A stretch of 64,000 nt of DNA from positions 67,565 to 131,564 of the forward strand of contig CAVWDI010000036.1 of the NCBI GenBank assembly GCA_963753725.1, given 5' to 3'. The translations under genes were made by a program, and so were the position numbers. The notes under the pieces are model-generated. The model did no database searches. It was not told the DNA's origin and saw nothing but the letters and a program-made list of their open reading frames with translations. Positions 9,774-19,608 of the stretch are shown here, one piece after another (within the stretch, counting starts at the first letter, position 1; each line of letters opens with the position of its first letter). Source of the stretch: an uncultured Chloroflexia bacterium (lineage in GTDB: Bacteria; Chloroflexota; Anaerolineae; Anaerolineales; UBA4823).

Positions 9774-11309
9774 TTAATTGGTAGTAAAGGGGATATATAT
9801 GTTATCAATTATGGTTTCAAATGCATCGATTCTGCCCCACCCATAGGTGTTGTTTGGGATTACTTCCCCTGAAATGCCGCCGCAATTTTCCGAGGTAGTG
9901 CGCGGTTCCGCGTTTTGTTCGATCAGCGTTTCTATCTGCTCAACCTGGCCGGCTAATTCAGGGCGTGCGGAAATCAATAACGCCACCAATCCGGACACGT
10001 GCGGGGAGGCCATGCTCGTACCGCTTGCGGTACGATAAGCGCCGGCCAGTGTGCTGGAATAGATGCCGACACCAGGTGCGGAGACATTGGGTTTCAACAG
10101 GTTTGTATAACCCGATGGTCCGCGGCTGCTGAAACTGGCGATGCCATCATTTTGATCTGTCGCGCCGATGCTGAAGGATGATTCATAAATGGCTGGTGGA
10201 AACCTCACCGAGCCGCAGCCGTTATATCCCTCATTTCCGGCTGACGTGACAACAACGATGCCGGCTGCACGAGTGTTATTAACAACTTCTTGCAGTGAAT
10301 CCCAGTTGCATTCTTCTTCTGGAGGGCAGTACCAGGAATTGTTGATGACATGTGGAGCAAGGGCTGTGTTCCCATTTTGATTATTGAGGTCAGTTGGCTG
10401 CACGAACCATTGGAAACACTCGATATACGTAGAGGCTTTCCCGTCTCCCTGGTCCATATTACGGCAGCCAATCCACTTCGCACCGGGTGCTACACCGATC
10501 TGGCTGCCTGCTCCATCATCACCAACCATGGTCCCCATTGTATGGGTACCGTGCCAGAAGTCGTCGCAGGGTTCGGATGCGTCCGGTCCACAGATTCCGC
10601 CGCCGGTATGTATAGCGTCATGCCAATTGTAGTTGTGGTCGACTGTCGTACCATTCCATCCGCGGTATTTCTCCTTAAGAGCTGGGTGGTCCCAGTCGTA
10701 ACCGGTGTCCTGGCCGCCGATCACAACACCGCTTCCCGTAATACCAGCTTCCCAAACCGAAGGCGCGTTAACTTTTGCTATATTCCACACAATTCCACTC
10801 GGGGATGACGATCGATTAGAAATGCCTGGATCGGGATCAGTTTCAGGAAATTCCACAGCAAATTTTTGATCCGAATATATTTTTGATGTGTCGTTTCGTT
10901 TAGCGATTGTTTCTAAAACCTTGTAATCGCTTTGAACCCATATCAAATTTGCGATCCAGAATGAGCGATGTTCAACGCCTTCTGCAGTGAGGAAATCCAG
11001 AATTGGTTTTTGGATATTTTCCGCCGCAGCTTTTAAGCGCTTTACGACAAATTCTCCCTTCTCTTGTTTGGACTCCAGCTGTTCAGCCATATCCAAATCC
11101 GCCTGATGATTAAGGAACACCAGGTATTCTGTCTGGTCGGAACTGGCATCTTCTAATACCCTCGATTCAACTTTTTCCTGCCAATTGGATACAGGCGCGG
11201 CAACAATCGATCTGGTAGAAATCAGGATCAAAAACAGGGGAAGAAAGTAGATTATCCGGCTTAAGCGGTGCATTGTTGAGTTCTGTAATAAGAAATCCGG
11301 CAAACGCAA
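9774..11309 (-). CDS. Secreted S8 (subtilisin-like) serine peptidase
   Basis: Asp/His/Ser triad blocks GGQDTGYDWDHP, HGTHTMGTMVG and GTSMASPHVSGLVALL. Hydrophobic N-terminal signal. The start may instead be the internal Met at 11273. Confidence 0.85.
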   Translation of the reverse strand: MRLPDFLLQNSTMHRLSRIIYFLPLFLILISTRSIVAAPVSNWQEKVESRVLEDASSDQTEYLVFLNHQADLDMAEQLESKQEKGEFVVKRLKAAAENIQKPILDFLTAEGVEHRSFWIANLIWVQSDYKVLETIAKRNDTSKIYSDQKFAVEFPETDPDPGISNRSSSPSGIVWNIAKVNAPSVWEAGITGSGVVIGGQDTGYDWDHPALKEKYRGWNGTTVDHNYNWHDAIHTGGGICGPDASEPCDDFWHGTHTMGTMVGDDGAGSQIGVAPGAKWIGCRNMDQGDGKASTYIECFQWFVQPTDLNNQNGNTALAPHVINNSWYCPPEEECNWDSLQEVVNNTRAAGIVVVTSAGNEGYNGCGSVRFPPAIYESSFSIGATDQNDGIASFSSRGPSGYTNLLKPNVSAPGVGIYSSTLAGAYRTASGTSMASPHVSGLVALLISARPELAGQVEQIETLIEQNAEPRTTSENCGGISGEVIPNNTYGWGRIDAFETIIDNIYIPFTTN

Positions 11310-11385
11310 TAAAAAAAATGGCGAAGACAGGTGTTTAGGAAAATGATTTTAACATACAGGACGCAGAGCGGTCTTACTCTGCAGA

Positions 11386-12903
11386 TTATAGTTTTATGAG
11401 CAGTTTTACTTCGGGCCAGATAAAGGGAGCCACCACCAGGCACCCGATTCCCAGAGATAGAAATGCCATAACAATGGAGGAGAGGGGAAGCTGCAGGAGG
11501 AGTAATACGGCGGCTACCCCGCACGCGGTCCCAATAACAGCCCTGATGAGTGTGCGGCTGGTTTGCTGAAACCGAACGCCTCTGCGGTTCAGCAGGTAAA
11601 GCAGCAGCAGCGCTTCAACCGTAAATGCGATGGTATTCGCCAGGGCGATACCGACAGCTCCAATAAAACGTGACAGCGTTACAGCAAAGATTATATAAAA
11701 AAGTGCATTTAAACCAGCTACATATAACGGCGTTTTTGCATCCTGCTGAGCGTAAAATGAGCGCGCAGAGATTTCCAGGAGGGTATGACCTGTAAGACCC
11801 AGCAGGTAAGCGCGGGTGACCCAAACCACCAGATCGGTACCCGCTGAATCGAATCCAAAGATGAATTCGATTAAAGGGGGAATAACCACCGCTACCAGCG
11901 CTGCAGCAGGTATGGTCAGGGCAATTAAAATCCTGACTGCATTGTTAATCGTACTCCCGTACTGCTCGAGCTTACCGACTGCGAACAACTCCGAAAGTGT
12001 CGGCAAGATAGCGATGGCTATAGCAGTCCCGATCAGGGTTTCAGGCACCTGCATGATGAACCACCCGTAATTTAACGCCGTCACAGCCCCCTCACCCAAC
12101 CCGGATGCGAGATTGTCGCGCGTGATAAAGAACACCTGCAGGAAAAACATGGTCAGGATGCGCGGACCTAGTAGATACAGAACTTTAATTACTCCCGGGT
12201 TGCGCAGGTTAATGGCCGGAGTCCAGCGGAAATGGAAATGAATTAAACCTGGAATCTGAATCCCAAGGTGCAGGAAGGCGCCGATAATCACCCCGTATAC
12301 TAAACCGTGAATACCCAGCCCAAATGCTGGCAGCGTGATGCTCCCAATTGTTATGCCTTCAGATGGAGCCAGGATGGCTATCCCAAAGATTTGGCCGAGA
12401 TTGTACATTGCGGGAGCCATAGCGGGCAGTAAGAAGTGTTGATTAGCCTGTAAACCGGCCATTACCAGACCGCTGATCGAAAAGATCAAAATGGCAAACA
12501 AGTCAAGACGCATAAGTTCGATTGTCAGCGCCTGTTGGGCGGGCGGGAAACCGGGAGCGATAACATATTCGACCAGCGGTTTTGCCAGGACAATGATTAA
12601 AATCGAAAAACCAGCAGTTGTAAGAAAGGCAAGGTTAAGGATCCTCGAAAAAAGGTCCCAGACTGCCTGCCTGCCGCGCAGTTCCAGGTATTCAGACAAT
12701 ACGGGGATCAGCGCAACGCCCAGGGCGCCCCCAGAAATGAGAGCGGATAACAGGTCTGGAATATTATTGGCCGCGTTAAAAACGTCGATGTTGTAAGTTA
12801 ACCCAAATTCACGTGCAACCAGCACCTGCCGGATGAACCCCAGACCTTTATCGATTGCAAAGAATACGGCGATGATGAGCGAGGAGCGGGCGATAAGCGA
12901 CAT
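11386..12903 (-). CDS. murJ: Lipid II flippase MurJ/MviN
   Basis: 505 aa, about 14 TM segments. N-terminus MSLIARSSLIIAVFFAIDKGLGFIRQVLVAREFG is typical of MurJ. Confidence 0.8.
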   Translation of the reverse strand: MSLIARSSLIIAVFFAIDKGLGFIRQVLVAREFGLTYNIDVFNAANNIPDLLSALISGGALGVALIPVLSEYLELRGRQAVWDLFSRILNLAFLTTAGFSILIIVLAKPLVEYVIAPGFPPAQQALTIELMRLDLFAILIFSISGLVMAGLQANQHFLLPAMAPAMYNLGQIFGIAILAPSEGITIGSITLPAFGLGIHGLVYGVIIGAFLHLGIQIPGLIHFHFRWTPAINLRNPGVIKVLYLLGPRILTMFFLQVFFITRDNLASGLGEGAVTALNYGWFIMQVPETLIGTAIAIAILPTLSELFAVGKLEQYGSTINNAVRILIALTIPAAALVAVVIPPLIEFIFGFDSAGTDLVVWVTRAYLLGLTGHTLLEISARSFYAQQDAKTPLYVAGLNALFYIIFAVTLSRFIGAVGIALANTIAFTVEALLLLYLLNRRGVRFQQTSRTLIRAVIGTACGVAAVLLLLQLPLSSIVMAFLSLGIGCLVVAPFIWPEVKLLIKL

Positions 12904-13144
12904 TTGAGTAGTTTTGTTAAGATCGTGGCGGGTTCTTCTACCTGCGGGGCATGGTCAGGATTTGGTTTTTTTCCGTTTGTGATCTGTCTAAAAACGGGAG
13001 CAATTGTGTCTGTTATCCCGTTTGCTGGACGGGACAAGTATAGCATGAGAGAATAGGTTGCGCACACCATTATCGCTCGTGTTGCTGGTGTCAAGCAGAT
13101 ATGGTAGAATTTCTGCGCTCGGGAGGGATTACCCTCCTGCAACC

Positions 13145-13237
<93 letters not shown>

Positions 13238-13268
13238 AAACTGCGAGAATTGCAGTAGTGTAACAAAT

Positions 13269-13357
13269 GGGGAGGTGCCAGAGTGGCTGATTGGGACCGC
13301 CTGCTAAGCGGTTGTCGGGCTAATCCTCGACCGCGGGTTCGAATCCCGCCCTCCCCG
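13269..13357 (+). tRNA. tRNA-Ser (anticodon GCU)
   Basis: Folded by hand. Acceptor GGGGAGG/CCTCCCC, anticodon arm accgc-CTGCTAA-gcggt (anticodon GCT at 13303-13305), long variable arm, T arm gcggg-TTCGAAT-cccgc. Confidence 0.85.
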
Positions 13358-13380
13358 CTGTAAGTGCTTTATGTGCTGAG

Positions 13381-13410
13381 AGTGCTCGAGTTTTTAATCG
13401 AGCACTTTTG
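13381..13410 (+). terminator. Intrinsic terminator after the tRNA pair
   Basis: agtgctcga (13381-13389) pairs with tcgagcact (13398-13406), followed by tttg. Confidence 0.6.
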
Positions 13411-13785
13411 TCCTTAATCCACTAATTTTCACCAATCCCCAAAAGGGGATGCTACGCGAAGTACTAAAGCACGAATTTCCACTAAAAAGGTACTGAATAC
13501 TACAAAAAGAATACCCGGCTTTACCCTTAGCTGAAATAGTTGACTTCTTCAATAATTAAACGAAGTTATCGAATTCTGGTCTTTTGGAATAATTCAAAAA
13601 TTGATCTGTGATTTTGAGGAATATGCCAAAAAAAGTTGCAGGATAGTGATAGATTGTTGATAAAATAGGGCGGTTGAGATTTCTATCCATTATTATTCAA
13701 CCGGTATCCGGTATTGAATTTTGATCAGGTGATGACAACCAGGGGATTGGCTTCCCTGTTAATTTAATTTGAAAATTTTTCAATC

Positions 13786-15072
13786 ATGCATAAGAGACCA
13801 TCACGTTTATTTTTCATCACAGTCATACCCTTTGCTGCAGGCTTGTGTTTTGCCGGCGTTTATTTTTCAATTTCCCTCTGGCCTTCTTTAGGCGCGCAGG
13901 GAGCCGATGTTTTACGTTCGATCGTGGGGGATAAACCGGTAGCTTTGTTAGAAATGTATTACCTTCGGGCACAAGACCAAATCCAGCAAACGGAATACAA
14001 ACTCGGTTTAGAAGAAGCCGAAGCGCCCTGGGAGGTGCCCGCTGCCCCTGTGGTTTCGCCTGCAACACCACTGCCCCTAACTGCAACCAATACTGCAGCG
14101 GAGGTGGTGAAAACAGAAAGCGAGAATCCGGGGACCAATCCTATCAGTACAATCACACCGGATGAAGGAACGGAGATACCCCCTTCCACGCCAACCCCGG
14201 TCACTCCAACAGTGGAGCCAACCGCGACGGTTTGGGCTCCTGCATTGGTTGATCCATTGGGTGGATTGGATGGGGAAGGTGTTTGGTCCCCTTATATCCA
14301 AAATGCGGATGGCGAGGTTATCGCTCACCGCTCGTTCGTTCAACCCGACCCGGAGCGCCCGTATTCGGTGGTAGCGATCGTGGCTTTCGATCTTGCGAAA
14401 ATCAAGTTAAATTTTGTACTCGGATTCGAGGAGCCATATAACCCGGAAGCGCCGAAACGATCAGGAAAAATTCCGGAGGAACATAAAGTCCCCGGGACCC
14501 TTCTGGCGGCTTTCAACGGCGGTTTTAAAGGTCAGCACGGGCAGTCAGGAGCGATGTCAGGTGGATTAGAAGTACTCCCGCCGCGTGACGGATTGGGAAC
14601 CGTCGCCATGTATGAGGATGGGAATCTGGCGCTGGGAGAATGGGGGAGTGAAATCCTGGAGACAGGTGATATGACCGCCTGGAGACAAAACGGTCCACTT
14701 GTGGTACAGGATGGGGAGATCAATCCCAGGATTTATAACAACGATCCAAAAGATTGGGGATATACGGTGGATGATGTCTCGCCTACACTGCGCTCCGGCC
14801 TTGGTGTCTCACAGGACGGGAACACGCTGTATTATTTCGCCGGAACGAAGCTCACCATGGAAGCCCTGGCGAACAGTATGCTGGCCGGCGTCGCGTGGGA
14901 TGGGATCCAACTCGATATCAATAATTATTGGGTGCACTTTGTCGTATATCCAGCGGATTTGGACGAATTAAAACCAGAGCCGCTGCTGCCGGAATTAATG
15001 ATCGAAAATTTTGATCGCTATCTGGATGCCTTCGGGCGGGATTATTTTTACATCACACCGCGCGAAGAGTAG
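13786..15072 (+). CDS. Membrane-anchored/secreted protein with a phosphodiester-glycosidase-like (DUF2233) C-terminal domain
   Basis: N-terminal TM segment and a Pro/Thr-rich linker. The C-terminal blocks AAFNGGFKG, GPLVVQDGEI, RSGLGVSQDGNTLYYFAG and GIQLDIN resemble the DUF2233/NAGPA family. Confidence 0.5.
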   Translation: MHKRPSRLFFITVIPFAAGLCFAGVYFSISLWPSLGAQGADVLRSIVGDKPVALLEMYYLRAQDQIQQTEYKLGLEEAEAPWEVPAAPVVSPATPLPLTATNTAAEVVKTESENPGTNPISTITPDEGTEIPPSTPTPVTPTVEPTATVWAPALVDPLGGLDGEGVWSPYIQNADGEVIAHRSFVQPDPERPYSVVAIVAFDLAKIKLNFVLGFEEPYNPEAPKRSGKIPEEHKVPGTLLAAFNGGFKGQHGQSGAMSGGLEVLPPRDGLGTVAMYEDGNLALGEWGSEILETGDMTAWRQNGPLVVQDGEINPRIYNNDPKDWGYTVDDVSPTLRSGLGVSQDGNTLYYFAGTKLTMEALANSMLAGVAWDGIQLDINNYWVHFVVYPADLDELKPEPLLPELMIENFDRYLDAFGRDYFYITPREE

Positions 15073-15099
15073 TTATCAGATACATAGAATATGATGAAT

Positions 15100-15203
15100 T
15101 GTCATTCTGATGCGGATTTAAATCCCTGTTTTTTGGGAGCAGAAGAATCTGAACTCTTCGCGCTGCTCCCGCATATTACGCGGGATTAAAATCAGAGTGA
15201 CAA
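15100..15203. terminator. Nested imperfect inverted repeat between convergent genes (probable bidirectional terminator)
   Basis: The core stem is gggagcag (15135-15142) with ctgctccc (15163-15170). Outer arms tgtcattctgat...tttaaatccc and gggattaaaatcagagtgaca enclose it. Confidence 0.5.
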
Positions 15204-15259
15204 TTTCAATTTTGTTAATCCATTCAAATTTTAGTGATTGACTTGTAGGCAAATTTCAC

Positions 15260-16797
15260 CTAATCTAAGCTGCCCACAACACTTTCCACTTCTTCCAGAA
15301 TTTCACAAGACTTAACCAATTCTTTCATTTTGTTGTGATCCGGGTAAAGAGGACGGTCCACATCCAGATGATCCACATGTTTGCGAATTGTCTGGCGGGC
15401 GGTCTCCACACCCAAACCGGGGTTGAAGGCATTTTCGCCGCTGATGCGGAAGTCAAGCGCCTGAGCTGCAGCCATGAATTCGATCCCTAAAATTCCATAG
15501 GCATTATCCAGGATCTGGGCGTTCTTGATAGCGGTGTTCATGCCCATCGAAACAAAGTCTTCTTGGTCGGCTGCCGCGGGTATAGAGGCAATGGAAGCCG
15601 GCATGGAAAGGATGCGCTGTTCAACAATCAGCGTATCGGCGGTGTACTGGCTGAGCATCATTCCGGAGAACATGCCTGCCCCTTTTGTCAAGAAGGCCGG
15701 CAGACCGACGCTTAACGCAGGGTTGGTGAGGCGGTTGAGCCTTCGCTCGGACAGCACGCTCACCATTGTGATGGCGGCTCCAGCCATATCCATGGGGAGA
15801 GATACGGGCGAACCCTGGAAATTTGCTCCCGTCAAGGTGAGATTGTGTTCCGGTAGGAAAAGCGGATTGTCTCCAACCCCGTTCAGTTCGATCTCAACCT
15901 GGCTCCTGGCAAAAGCAATCGCGTCGTGAGCGGCGCCAATCACCTGGGGCGATGAGCGCATCGAATAAGCATCCTGGACTTTGGTCTTTAGTTTACCTGT
16001 CATCAGATCGCTGCCCTGGAAACATCTTTTAATGCATTGGCGGTACGGACAGCGCCTTTAAAGCCGCGCTTTTCATGCAAGCGCAGGTCGTAGGGTTTCA
16101 AATTAGCTAACAGCGCTTCCAGGCTCATGGCGCAGGCGATTTCGGCCTGTTTCAGCCAGCGGCTCATGTCATATAAATGGAGCGCGCTCATGGCGGTTAG
16201 TAGATTGGCGCCATTAATCACCGACAATCCGTCGCGTGCCTTGAGGCCAGGTATATTAATTCCCGCTTTACGCAGAGCAACATCTCCTGGAAGGCGCTGC
16301 CCCTCAAAAAATGCCTCCCCTTCACCCATCATGAGTAAAGCGATTTGAGACATGGGCGCCAGGTCTCCGCAGGCGCCGACCGATCCTTTCTGACACACAA
16401 CCGGCGTGACTCCCTTGTTGAGCATATCGATTAACGTAAAGGTGATTTCAGGTCTGCAGCCAGAATTCCCGTGAGCATGGACATTAATGCGGCCTGCCAT
16501 AGCGCCGCGTACGTATTCAATTGGAGCTGGATCACCGATGCCGGCGGCATGGTTGTAGACCAGGTATTTCTGGAATTCCCCCACCTGCTCGTCTGAGAGG
16601 ATAACTTCTGAAAATTCCCCAATCCCGGTATTGACGCCGTACATAATTTCGTGGGCTGCTATCTTATCTTCGAGCATAGCCCGGCATGTTTTTATGCGTT
16701 CCAATGCCTCAGGGTGGAGTTCAACTGCCTCGTTATCTCTGGCAACCTTAACAAGCACCTCGAAAGTCAACCCAGAACCATCCATGACGATCGTCAT
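15260..16797 (-). pseudogene. hutH: Histidine ammonia-lyase family (MIO-dependent) enzyme, split by one frame shift near 16014-16026 (provisional)
   Basis: ORFs of 264 and 247 aa sum to 511 aa, the normal HAL length. Blocks YGVNTGIGEF, GSVGACGDLAPMS and KVQDAYSMRSSPQVIGA. Adding one T to the T3 run (plus-strand 16020-16022) joins the frames as ...LKDVFQGSDLMTGK.... Confidence 0.8.
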
Positions 16798-17131
16798 TCA
16801 TTTCTCCTTGTACTGCTGTTTGGTTTATGTGCCAACTTTCACTATTTGATGCTTAAGTTTACACCCATTTTGTAGAACGAATAGGTCTGTTGGTTCATGA
16901 ATCTGACATCAATTTTTAGAAAACATCTAGTGAAAAATCCCAATGAAATTTTAATGATCTTTTTATCTATAACGAGCATATTTTCAGAATAAGGTTGGGT
17001 TTGTAAATAGTATTTTCTTTGGATTGCAATTTTATTAGAGAGCATTACTTCATCACTTTAGAAGTGGTAAGATTGGATGGTTTACACCTTGGTGAATAAG
17101 TACTTTCATTTTTTATCGGTAGGAGCGCCGG

Positions 17132-18118
17132 TTGGGATATATAACACAGTCGAACAAAGACAATTCTAATTTGACGCTGACGCGGGGTTATTTGATTTGT
17201 TTAACCGCGGTTGCGCTCTGGTCAACGACGGCTATATTTATTGGATACCTGATACAGACTTTTCAAATGCCGCCGCTTGTGCTGGCTTTCTGGCGCGATG
17301 CGATTGTTTTCATATTCCTCTTTTTGGTATTTATCTTTTTCAACAGGAGTCGATTGAAGCCAGGGTATGGAAATACACGATTTTTCCTTCTATATGGATT
17401 TATCCTCTCGGCATTTAATGCGATTTGGACGGTCTCTGTTGCGCTAAATGGGGCAGCAGTATCGACCGTTTTGGCATACAGCGCGCCCGCCTTTACGGTA
17501 TTGTTGGCTCACTGGATATTTCGTGAAGAACTTACAGTTGTAAAAATATTGGCAGTGATTTTAAGTCTTTTAGGTTGTTTTTTGATTTCGGGCGCATACA
17601 ATCTACACAATTGGCAGCTGAATCCGATTGGGATTGTGACCGGATTGCTTTCAGGTTTACTTTTTGCAGCATACAACCTGATGGGTAAAGCCTCCTCGGA
17701 ACGTTCTATATATCCCTGGCGGGCGATGTTGTATTCCTTTGGATTTGCAGCCTTATTCTTGTTTATATATGTTCAACTGCCGGTACCGTGGCCGCAGGGA
17801 ATATCTTCATCTAATCTGTTTTGGTTGGATGGAGAATGGGTTGGGTGGTTGGCTTTAATCATTCTGGCGGTTGGACCGACTGCTGTAGGTTTCGGTCTTT
17901 ACACCGTCAGTTTAACTTACCTGCCTGTCGGGGTTGCCAGCCTGATCGCTACCATTGAGCCCGTAATGACAGCTGGTTTAGCATATGTACTGCTGGGTGA
18001 ACGGTTTACAATACCTCAATTCATTGGCGGTGTCTTGATCGTTCTGGGGGTGGTATTACTGCGGATGAATGAAGGGCGCAGAAGAAACGCAAGAAAAGGT
18101 TCACCTTTACCTGGGTAG
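17132..18118 (+). CDS. EamA/DMT-family transporter
   Basis: 328 aa with about 10 TM segments in two EamA-like halves. The start codon is TTG as given by the ORF track. Confidence 0.75.
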   Translation: MGYITQSNKDNSNLTLTRGYLICLTAVALWSTTAIFIGYLIQTFQMPPLVLAFWRDAIVFIFLFLVFIFFNRSRLKPGYGNTRFFLLYGFILSAFNAIWTVSVALNGAAVSTVLAYSAPAFTVLLAHWIFREELTVVKILAVILSLLGCFLISGAYNLHNWQLNPIGIVTGLLSGLLFAAYNLMGKASSERSIYPWRAMLYSFGFAALFLFIYVQLPVPWPQGISSSNLFWLDGEWVGWLALIILAVGPTAVGFGLYTVSLTYLPVGVASLIATIEPVMTAGLAYVLLGERFTIPQFIGGVLIVLGVVLLRMNEGRRRNARKGSPLPG

Positions 18119-18214
18119 TACCATTTTGTATATATTTCGAATTGAGAGGCGTGCTAAAATATAGATATTGCACCCATGAGTTACAAAAAAATTCCTACGA
18201 CGGGTAGATGATTT

Positions 18215-19225
18215 ATGGAATATAAAGATTATTACGAGGTTCTTGGAGTTAGCAAAAGCTCCGAAAAAGATGATATAAAGAAAGCTTACCGGAAATTAGC
18301 GCGCCAGTACCATCCGGATGTAAACCCGGGGGATAAAGCCGCTGAAGAAAAATTTAAAGAAATAAACGAGGCCTACGAAGTATTATCGGACCCTGACAAG
18401 CGGGGTAAATACGACCAGTTTGGATCGCAGTGGCAGCAGTATACCCGCGGTGGCGGCAGACCGGAAGATTTTGACTGGGGCTCCTGGTCAGCGCAGCCGG
18501 GTGCTGGAGGCAGAGGTGGGACGTATACCCGCACGGTATCACAGGAGGAATTCCAGCAGATGTTCGGCGGGGGTATGGGCGGGTTGGGAGGCTTCTCGGA
18601 TTTCTTCGAAACGCTGTTCGGGGGTATGAGCCGCGGCCAATCCGCGGGGACTCGTTCTGCGGGTTTTGAAGATTTGTTCGGCGGCGGATATAATCAGGGC
18701 GCCAGCCGCGGCCGGGACAGCCAGCACAGCATCCAGATAAGCCTGGAAGAGGCTTTTAACGGTTCAACACGCATGCTCCAGTGGGAGGATGGACGAAAAA
18801 TTGAAGCCAAGATACCGCGCGGCGTAAAAACGGGTTCTAAAATACGGCTGCGGGGACAGGGAGAAAAAGGGATGGGAGGCGGTCAAACCGGGGATTTATT
18901 CCTGCGTGTCGAAGTGATGCCGCATGATGTTTACGAGCGCGATGGCGATGACCTGAAAGTGACCCTTCCTGTTGACCTGTACACCGTCATGCTGGGCGGT
19001 GAAACGGATGTGAAGGCGCTGGATAAAACCGTAAAGCTGTCCATTCCCTCGGAAACGGTAAACGGAAGAGTTTTCCGCCTGCGCGGTCTGGGAATGCCCA
19101 ATCTAAAAAAACCAGACAAGCGCGGTGACCTGTTTGCGAAGGTTGAGATCGAGCTGCCTGAGAACTTGAGTGATGAAGAAAAGAGGCTGTTCAAGGAATT
19201 GAGGGGGTTGAGATCGGATTCGTAG
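18215..19225 (+). CDS. J-domain co-chaperone of the CbpA type (DnaJ without zinc finger)
   Basis: J domain DYYEVLGV...YHPD, a Gly/Phe-rich linker and a DnaJ C-terminal domain. No CxxCxGxG repeats. Confidence 0.85.
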   Translation: MEYKDYYEVLGVSKSSEKDDIKKAYRKLARQYHPDVNPGDKAAEEKFKEINEAYEVLSDPDKRGKYDQFGSQWQQYTRGGGRPEDFDWGSWSAQPGAGGRGGTYTRTVSQEEFQQMFGGGMGGLGGFSDFFETLFGGMSRGQSAGTRSAGFEDLFGGGYNQGASRGRDSQHSIQISLEEAFNGSTRMLQWEDGRKIEAKIPRGVKTGSKIRLRGQGEKGMGGGQTGDLFLRVEVMPHDVYERDGDDLKVTLPVDLYTVMLGGETDVKALDKTVKLSIPSETVNGRVFRLRGLGMPNLKKPDKRGDLFAKVEIELPENLSDEEKRLFKELRGLRSDS

Positions 19226-19608
19226 AAGGTTAAGCGGGGATTTCAATATTTGGGTGTTTGGAGATGAAGATACCGGCGGATTCTAAATCCGGAAGTTGCT
19301 TTCTACTTAATCCTCTTTTGTAACTGCACGCCCAGGGATACATTATTGATAACCGGCAGCAAATGAATTGGTCGTTCTAAATTATGCATTTTTGGTTCTA
19401 ATAATCACACTATAAACGATACTTTTTTGGAGTTGATTTTCATCATGCTGGCTGATTCCTGATTGATTTAAATCACATTATGGATATCCAAAATTTTTCT
19501 TATTGGCCAAAATATCTCTCTTATTTTTCCACCCATTTTGTCTCACAGAGTTCTGAAACAACACAATTGACAATTTAATAATATCTAATCCACGATACTT
19601 ATTTGCCA

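Noticed and set aside
10189-10808. Plus-strand ORFs inside the S8 protease gene
   Set aside because: They are shadow ORFs opposite a gene with a complete catalytic triad.
15112-15126. Similarity of gcggatttaaatcc in the nested hairpin to the gcggattctaaatcc core of the 20-mer repeat
   Set aside because: The match is only about 14 nt with an indel. That is too short to claim common origin without more copies.
19271-19290. Plus-strand reading of the 20-mer as an anticodon arm with a CUA (amber suppressor or Pyl-like) anticodon
   Set aside because: At the second copy the T arm and acceptor strand are on the minus strand. That fixes the orientation and gives UAG (Leu). No complete tRNA exists at either site.
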